A DNA stretch of 59,720 bases, the filler included, from Porpidia crustulata (Eukaryota): assembly GCA_964255105.1 (NCBI GenBank). It is 8 parts of 8 records of this genome, joined end to end, with 100 filler letters (N's around TTAATTAATTAA, not from the genome) between each part and the next. Parts side by side here need not be neighbours in the genome. Positions count along the whole stretch, not along the records: positions 52,354 to 59,720 come from CAXUWE010001343.1; 7 more parts are not named here. One strand, 5' to 3'. Made by a program: the position numbers and the translations under genes. Below, piece after piece: positions 52,254 through 59,720 of the stretch. Each line of letters begins with the position of its first letter. Within the stretch, counting starts at the first letter, position 1. Under the pieces are notes generated by a model that saw nothing but the letters and a program-made list of their open reading frames with translations, was not told where the DNA came from and searched no databases.

Positions 52254-52353
52254 NNNNNNNNNNNNNNNNNNNNNNNNNNNNNNNNNNNNNNNNNNNNTTA
52301 ATTAATTAANNNNNNNNNNNNNNNNNNNNNNNNNNNNNNNNNNNNNNNNNNNN
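52254..52353. other. Artificial contig linker
   Basis: 44N-TTAATTAATTAA-44N. Confidence 0.99.
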
Positions 52354-53035
52354 TCGAGCAGTCCAAAAATAACAAAGATGGACAGTGGGTGAGAGGCACA
52401 GAGGCAAGAAACGGTTAATAGCAATAGGTAGGTAGCATGGGCTGATCTTCTCGCTTGCCTTCTTCGAGACTAGCTGATCTTCGTCTCATTTGCAATTTCA
52501 GGCACGGCAGTTCTCAGCCTTAGGGTATGGTTTCCTTTCCCTCCCCTCCACCTCCCAGCCTGACGTCTAATTTCCCACAATCTGCTAGTACCCGCCCTTT
52601 CAAAAAGCCCATCTCTTTCCACCACCAACATCCATTACTTCCCCACGCCCGTTGACTCCTGCGAAAGCCGACCCTATCCCCGTCAGCTTCAACAAGTGTT
52701 CCACCGTAAGTTTCTGCAGGTGAAATCGAGTTTTCTCGTGGAGAAACGATTAGGCTTCGGATAGCCCGACTCGTCTACTACGCCCCGTAGTTGCCCTGCC
52801 GATCACTCGCCAGCTCGCGTTTTCTTGTTTCTTGTCAGCGAACAGCGTTCCAAAAATACGTTGCGGCAAACCACCACATCGTCCTGCGTCCAATTGGTCG
52901 CTGAACCGTGACTTCATATCCTGTGCGAAATCTCCATACATAATCAACCCGCTTGTCGTACATTCGGGGTTTTTGTGTGAGAGGGGGAGGCCCGACGGTG
53001 AAACATAGGCAACGCACAACATCACCACCTGCAAC

Positions 53036-54318
53036 ATGGGCTCTACACAGTTTGGGAATTTCCATGTGCGACTCCCGATCATGACTTGGAGCTCCAAATT
53101 ACTAACTCTTACTCTCTCCGCTAGAACTTCTGCCGTGACTCTACCCTCCCAGTTTGCAATGTATGTGCATCACTTCTCCCTCCCGGGCAGACGAGGCAAC
53201 AAGCATGGCTCTGGAAGCTTATCGCTAACCTCTGAGATAGCTCTTCCCCGAATCACGGACACGTGGAGGGAGCGGCTTTGGACGTTGCGATCTCAACGGG
53301 ATATCGTTAGGCAATGGCAAACATCTGGAAAATCTCGGTAGTTCTGGAAGAATATTCAGAACGCCATGAATCTGACTTGCCTAAGGCTCGATACTTTTCT
53401 GTGGATTGGCGATATTAATCACGATGTTCCTCCTATGGAGAGCCGAGAGGAAGCAGGCTGCGGTCGGCCGAAGGTATGCAATACCGTGCGGTGATTGCTA
53501 TGCCATTGCTGAAAACCAACAGGGAGTTCCAATTGTTTCTGATTGGATACATAATCGTCTCAATATGCGAGATTTTTACCGTTGGTGGCTTCCCTTTGGC
53601 CAGCAGAGTCAGGCTTGTAGGCGCCTGGGAGCTACACTGAGTCCTAATGGCTGTACTTACGAGTATCATAGGGATTCACAGCTGTTCACTTGGGCGCGAT
53701 AGTTGCGACGATATGGGTGCTCTTCCTCAATGGCATCGTCGGCTACCAGTTACTAGATGATGGAACACCCTTATCTCTGGGCCTTATGCTCCTCTCAGCC
53801 GTCGCCCTGTTCGTCGGCACCGGCTACATAGCTCTCGATACTGGGTCTGGCTTTACGAATCACTTCAAATCCAGCCTCGACCTACTCAACAACCGATCGA
53901 TCGGTCTCTACGTGCTTTACCAACTAGCGCCACTAGTATTCTTGGTGGGCTTCTTCCTCCTAGAAACCTTTCTCGTCCTCAAAGTACTAGGAGAGAAGAA
54001 ACCGATGCGTGAGTCTCTTCCGCGTTTTTCCCTTTCTCGTACCAGTCCTTTCATCGCCCCAAGAGTAAACATTCCTATAACCTCAACTGATCCCCACCAC
54101 CAGTCTATCTTCTCGCCTCCGCCCTCCTTTTCGCCATCGGCCAGATCTTCCAATACGTCATCAGCATCCACATCTGCCTCTCCACCCATTCCCAAATCAA
54201 CGGCGCCCTCTTCGAAACCCTCTTCACCCTCCTCGCCGTCATCATGATCTGGGTCTACTGGTCCAGCATCACCGAGGACGACTGGCCCATGCCCGTCTCG
54301 TCCGGCGGGTACACGTAG
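53036..54318 (+). CDS. Chitin synthase export chaperone, CHS7-like paralogue
   Basis: MGSTQFGNFH|NFCRDSTLPVCN; RAERKQAAVGRRE; ICEIFTVGGFPL; LNGIVGYQLLDDGT; INGALFETLFTLL..YWSSITEDDWP; six short introns; stop TAG 54316-54318. Confidence 0.88.
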
Positions 54319-55425
54319 CGGCCGCTCGGCACTTAATCTTTCGGAAGAATTTATGTCACTAATTGTTTCCACGAGGGTCTTTCAATGCGGATTATTTAGC
54401 GCGTTCCGGTGTTTTTTCTAAAGTGGGGATATATCCTACCTGGTATTGATTTTTTTTCCAAAGCGACACATACACGGCGAGCTACGGGAAAGAAAGGCCA
54501 CGTTCGCAAACGAGGAAGATAATAATAGCACAGTCGGAGCTTTTTTTGCACCTCGAGGCTTGGGAAATAAGGCAAGCGGATCGGTGCATTCCGCTGCAAT
54601 GTCAGTGCGACAGCGCAATATACAGGCTAGTCGCCCGTATCGATGAAGACGGATATGCGAGGTATACCATCGCGAGAGAAGTACAGACCGGAGAATGGGA
54701 GAATGAGACGAGGGGGGGGTTAGGAAGGGGCTAGAGGGAAGTTCTGTATGTAGATCATATAGCGACACAAACTATTCCCATAGCTACAGAATTTCCGCGT
54801 GAATGTGCACATGTCCGGCACAAAGGGATCGTTGTTGACGTCGGTGGGTAGAGATCGACTTAATATTGAATTTCAACGTGAATCGATTATTTTGATTTTG
54901 TACGTCGTTTTAATGTCATAAAAATATGCCCGATTATACATTTTGTTACTGCACATCTGACGGGTTTTCGAGATTCTACATTAAGACGTGCTGAAACATT
55001 TACTTTTCATTGGCATGGAAGCGTCAACGTCGACTCGAAGGAAACCCGACGAGAGCACGTTTGGAGGACTGGGGCAACTGCTAATAAGCAATGACGAAGG
55101 TGCTGACGAAATCACGACGATGCCCTCATCAGCAGCTCCGAATGAATCCAACACATTGCCGCCGAAAAGCGATACAACCGGGTCCGATAATCTCCGTTGC
55201 CAACCTAGATACCAGACTACTCCCAAAGCTCCAACGCTCACATTGACTTCGATCTGCATTGCAGAGGAACTCTAGTATTCCCTTCCATCGACAAGTCCGT
55301 AGACTGTCGTTTTCTCCAAGACGTCGAAAAGGGGGATGAGGCGAAGAAGTAAAGACTGACGTACATGCTCCTGACGCCATTGAATGGTCACCGCAAGATG
55401 ACAAAAACCCAAGGCCATCGATCCC

Positions 55426-56796
55426 TCAGCCGTCCAAGACCGTCCACGGAGTCTCGCGCCGCCACCCCTCGACCGCGTCGGCCACCTCGATCGCGATGCT
55501 CTCGAGCTCGTCCACCGTTCCTAACGCGCTCCTACTCACGCCGCGAAGCTCCCCCCTTTCGAGACCGGGCCAGCCGTTCTGGAGAGCGGGCAGCAGCACC
55601 GTCCGGAAATCCCGGCTCATCAGCGCGACGCATCGAGGTGGCGTTGCCGGGCACTGGCGCTGCCGTGAGATTGCGAAGCCCCACGTCTGGAAGATGTAGC
55701 CGTCGTCCGCAATCAGTACGGCCTTGGGCCGGACGGCACGGAGCAAGGCGGCCCATTCGATGAAGACGTCGCGGTCGTGGTGGATAGGGCTCAGGAGGCC
55801 TTGGTACAGGTCATGTGGGTCCCGCTTTTCGAGGTGGAGGAAAGCGAGGTGCCGGCAGCGGTGCAGGAACGACGGGGCCAAGAGCTGTTGGATGCAATCA
55901 GGGGTGAATTGCGCCGGGAGGCTGTAGACCGGCCGGTCTACCCTGACTGCAGAGTGGTATTCTATACGGTCGGAGGACGCCTGGGTAGGCCAGGCGTTGC
56001 CCTCGGATATCGCGCGCCAGAAGCGGTGGATAGCGCCACCGCAGAGGAGGCCTCCTTCGAAGACGTTCTTGATTGTTAGGGAGTGCAGGGGTGCCTTATC
56101 GGGCCCGTGAAGAATCGCTGAGGCTAGGTCGTGGTGCATGATCCCTCCGAGGGAGATTTTCTGCGCGGCAGGAAACAGTGGCGGCAGCAGAGGAGAAGTG
56201 CCGGGTCTCCACGTGCCTGTCTCGACAATGACAGTCGTGGCCTTGTCGAGGAGGGCGAACATTGCATAAATCGTCTCGGGCTTCCATATTGCTTCCTTGT
56301 CTTTGACCCACGGCGGAAGCCGACGCATATTCTCAAGCCCCATAGTCCAGGTGAACGAGCGAACATAAGAGGCGTATTCAGGCTTCTCAAGAATTTGTTG
56401 TACAAATCGCCATTGCTGGACGAGAAGATTCTGAAGATTGGCAGGCCACGAACGGACCGATCTAAAGTTGGAAATACCTATGGCGCTATTGATGCTCATG
56501 TTGATGATACGATATAGACTAGGAATCGTCAGGGCATGCATTGACCTGGAGGATCGAGAGACTCTTCTCAGCGCTGGCTTCTGGAGAGATTCGAACACTA
56601 TGAGCCAAACATCGGCACTGAATACTCCAAAAGGACGAGGTGGAGTTGATCTATCTTGCTGGCGGTGAGTCGTTGATAGACAATCATTCCGGCCATCTGG
56701 GAGTGGTCGGAAGGCGTGAGATGCATGCCCTTGTGATGATTGAGCACTTCTTTGCCATTCCAGGTTAGCGACGTCGAGTGGCTCGTTTTTACTCAT
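55426..56796 (-). CDS. Hypothetical protein with F-box-like motif
   Basis: 456-aa ORF; FSADVWLIVFESLQKPALRRVSRSSRSMHALTIPSLYRII, then PEYASYVRSFTW, typical of fungal F-box-like proteins. Confidence 0.7.
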   Translation of the reverse strand: MSKNEPLDVANLEWQRSAQSSQGHASHAFRPLPDGRNDCLSTTHRQQDRSTPPRPFGVFSADVWLIVFESLQKPALRRVSRSSRSMHALTIPSLYRIINMSINSAIGISNFRSVRSWPANLQNLLVQQWRFVQQILEKPEYASYVRSFTWTMGLENMRRLPPWVKDKEAIWKPETIYAMFALLDKATTVIVETGTWRPGTSPLLPPLFPAAQKISLGGIMHHDLASAILHGPDKAPLHSLTIKNVFEGGLLCGGAIHRFWRAISEGNAWPTQASSDRIEYHSAVRVDRPVYSLPAQFTPDCIQQLLAPSFLHRCRHLAFLHLEKRDPHDLYQGLLSPIHHDRDVFIEWAALLRAVRPKAVLIADDGYIFQTWGFAISRQRQCPATPPRCVALMSRDFRTVLLPALQNGWPGLERGELRGVSRSALGTVDELESIAIEVADAVEGWRRETPWTVLDG

Positions 56797-57308
56797 GACT
56801 ATTGGCCAGTAAATGTCTTTGTCCGTTCAGACCAGTAACCGGTTGTCTCTCCTGAATTTGGGCTACCGATGCTCAATTTGTCGGTTTCGTAATACAGTAT
56901 GGTCTTTGATACCCGTCTCGAAAATGCAACGATTATTGGCTGCAGCTGAGAACAATCAGATGGATCACGGGAACATATAATGGCTATGGTGACTGATGGT
57001 CCTTGCGGCGTAATACGACTTGTTTCAATCCAGTCTCTGATCCTGATGTTGGCTTCTGGCGCCTATGGGCAGCAGAAACATTCGTTCATCCAATTCACGA
57101 CTTCGTCTTTTGACGCACAATGAGAGTTGTGTCGTGTTGGCTTCTTGCTTAGGGAAGGAACTGTCACTGAATAAAAAGGCATGCGCATAATGATATGCAC
57201 ACTATCATGGCGCCATGATCTAGATAATGATGGAATAGAATCTCAAATTTTTAAGGACTAATGAGTTAAAAGCCTGTGGATGTCGCAGCCCACATGTACT
57301 TTTCTCCG

Positions 57309-57730
57309 ATCAATGGATGGAATGGATATCCATGGATAGGAAACCCTTCGGTGGACCTCGCCATCCATTCCTTGGAAAGGTTCTCCATTGGTAATGGGCT
57401 GATATCCATGGATCGCAAACCTCATCCACGGATCAAACGGTAGATCATTGAAGAAGCTGATCTTCGTTGTGCAGAATACAGCTACTGCTGCTCGTGGTAA
57501 CTCAGCTTACTATCCGGCTTTTTCTGAACGGACTGTAAAATGCTTCTGTAAATCAACATTTTAACTAAGTAAAATATTAATCACTTTTATGAGCGAAATG
57601 AGATATCCGTAGATGAAATGCACCATCAGTCATGGATATGTTACCCTCATTCCATAGAGAGATATGGTAGTCGTTTCGGCGCATTTGTAGGGTTGCCATC
57701 CATGGTTATCCATTCCGTCCATAGATTGAT
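57309..57730. mobile_element. Degenerate MITE-like element
   Basis: Imperfect roughly 40-bp TIRs at 57309-57347 and 57689-57730, internal repeats of ATCCATGGAT, AT-rich non-coding core. Confidence 0.65.
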
Positions 57731-58218
57731 ATGAGGCCATTTATCCATAGTTCACGTTGGGGTGTAACCATCAAACGGGTCAGAATTTTTGGAACTATTG
57801 CTGCCTTCTCCAAGATGGCTTGGGGGCTTGCTAAGATTGATCCATGTTTCCCCCTCTTAGCTAGATTTCCTTGGTGTTGGATGACTGAATATTTTCTTAA
57901 AGGAAGCATGAATTTAAAATGGGCGTCTAGAGTTCTAGGATTCCGCGTGTAGTCCTCCAATCAACCAAAATACCCGCGAGATTTGAATTAGATAATTATT
58001 CGCTCTTTCAACCCCAACCTCACATGTCACCCTCAAAGACCTGGTCGAACTTCCGACAGGCCCTTGACTGTTAGGCTGAAAATGATTCTAATACTCGTGG
58101 CCAGTGTTCCGGGAATGAATCCTAAAATATTCCCCACATGCTGGCCACATCGTCACTATGAAACCTGATCTATTCCTCTGTTCTCTATGCCATATTGAAA
58201 AAACATCCCTTTGTTAAG

Positions 58219-59720
58219 ATGGCTGATTCCGACGGCGAATATATCCAAGATATCTCTGACGATGAAGTTGAGGCCCACCAGGTGACACGAGGGGCTGGTG
58301 TGGGAACAAGAGCAACCGGTCAGGGAAGGAAGGGAGGAGCATGGGAAGTCACTCGGACGTGGGAGAATGTTGTGGAAGGCGCGGACGGCACCATCAACTC
58401 TACAGTAGATGGACTTCTTGAAGCTGGAAAAAGGAAGAGGTGAGAATCATCAGAAAAACCAATGGAGACCACAAGACTCGTATACGATCGAGAACAGAGT
58501 CTAATCTTAAAACATGTCAGACTCCTCAAAGATACCACTCCCCTCCAACGAGGCATTATCCGCCATCTGATCCTCATTGTCGATCTCTCCTCCGCCATGT
58601 CCGAAAAAGATCTGCGTCCAACCCGTTACCTTCTCACACTTCGCTATTGCCAAGAATTTATCATAGAGTTCTTCGAGCAAAACCCCATATCCCAACTCGG
58701 CATCATCGGCATGCGCGACGGTCTCGCTGTTCGTGTCAGCGACATGTCTGGCAACCCAAATGACCACATTGGTAAAATCCAATCTCTTCGGAGCGAAGAA
58801 CCAAAGGGAAGCCCCAGTCTACAGAATGCCCTGGACATGGCCCGCGCCGCTCTTTTTCACGCTCCTGCCCATGGCACCCGCGAAGTGCTCATCCTATTCG
58901 GCTCCCTGCTGTCATCTGACCCTTCAGACATCCACACCACCATCGCTTCACTTGTCTCCTCTTCCATCACCGCCACTGTGATCGGGCTCGCCGCTCAGGT
59001 TGCCATCTGCATCACCCTTGTCAAGCGCACCAATCCCTCGGTTCCCGTCTCTGAAACCTACAACGTCGCTCTCAACGAGGTCCACTACCGTGACCTCCTC
59101 ATGCGCGCCACCACTCCCCCCGCTACACCATCCTCCGACGCAGACGCAGGCATCAAACCCTCCCTGCTCATGATGGGCTTCCCCTCCCGTATCACGAAGC
59201 CCATGCTTACGCTCTGCGCTTGCCATTCCAAACCCACGTACGGAGGCTACCTCTGTTCTAGATGCAGCAGCAAAGTCTGCGCGCTACCGACCACGTGCCC
59301 TGCTTGCGGCCTGACGCTTGTCCTGAGCACCCATCTCGCGCGCAGCTACCACCACCTCTTTCCTCTGCGCAATTGGCGCGAAGTCTCCTGGTCTCGTGCC
59401 GAGGCATCGGATCAAGTCCACTGCTTCAGCTGCCTCACCCCTTTTGCCGTGAAACCGCCTCCACCACCCCAGGCAGAAAGCGCAAAATCCAGCAAGGACC
59501 AATCCGGCCGCAAACACGACAACAAGAATAAAGCATCCCTCGGCGCCGACAGGAAAGGAAAGCAGTATCCGGACCTTGTCAAATCCAAATCGAAAAAAGA
59601 CGTCGGCGTGTCGGAGTCGGGCAGGTATGAGTGCGAGACCTGCACGAGGTTCTTCTGTATCGATTGCGATGTCTTCTCGCACGAGGTTGTGCATAATTGT
59701 CCGGGGTGTCAGAGTAGGGA
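58219..59720 (+). CDS. SSL1: TFIIH subunit Ssl1/p44 (3' end runs off the window)
   Basis: MADSDGEY; WEVTRTWE; DTTPLQRGIIRHLILIVDLSSAMSEKDLRPTR; FFEQNPISQLG; GYLCSRCSSKVCALP..LSTHLARSYHHLFPL; YECETC..FCIDCDVFSHEVVHNCPGC; intron about 58440-58520. Confidence 0.96.

Overview
Eukaryotic, intron-containing DNA from a filamentous ascomycete (Pezizomycotina; a lichen-forming Lecanoromycete is my guess, by inference only). The window is not one locus. It is eight unrelated contigs of 7388, 7386, 7384, 7378, 7374, 7373, 7370 and 7367 bp, sorted by length and joined by 100-bp artificial linkers (44N-TTAATTAATTAA-44N). Recognisable housekeeping genes: MCM10, GAL1, ILV2, AP-1 beta (APL2), PEX16 (partial), EXO5, EME1/MMS4, HEM2, a CHS7-like gene and SSL1/TFIIH p44. 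Other intact genes: an MFS transporter, an acyltransferase-3, an SDR, a HIRIP3-like protein, F-box/ankyrin proteins and several orphan secreted proteins. Notable: (1) many visibly disabled accessory genes (Mpv17/PMP22, PEBP, 3'-5' exonuclease, HeLo-like/ankyrin, ML-domain, one unrecognisable relic) among intact core genes; (2) two MITE-like elements; (3) an imperfect hammerhead-ribozyme-like motif; (4) a recurrent, orientation-independent C-rich to G-rich strand-skew switch about every 4 kb. I found no convincing new multi-gene system; the skew switches, the stop-interrupted HeLo-like gene and the hammerhead-like motif are the best leads.
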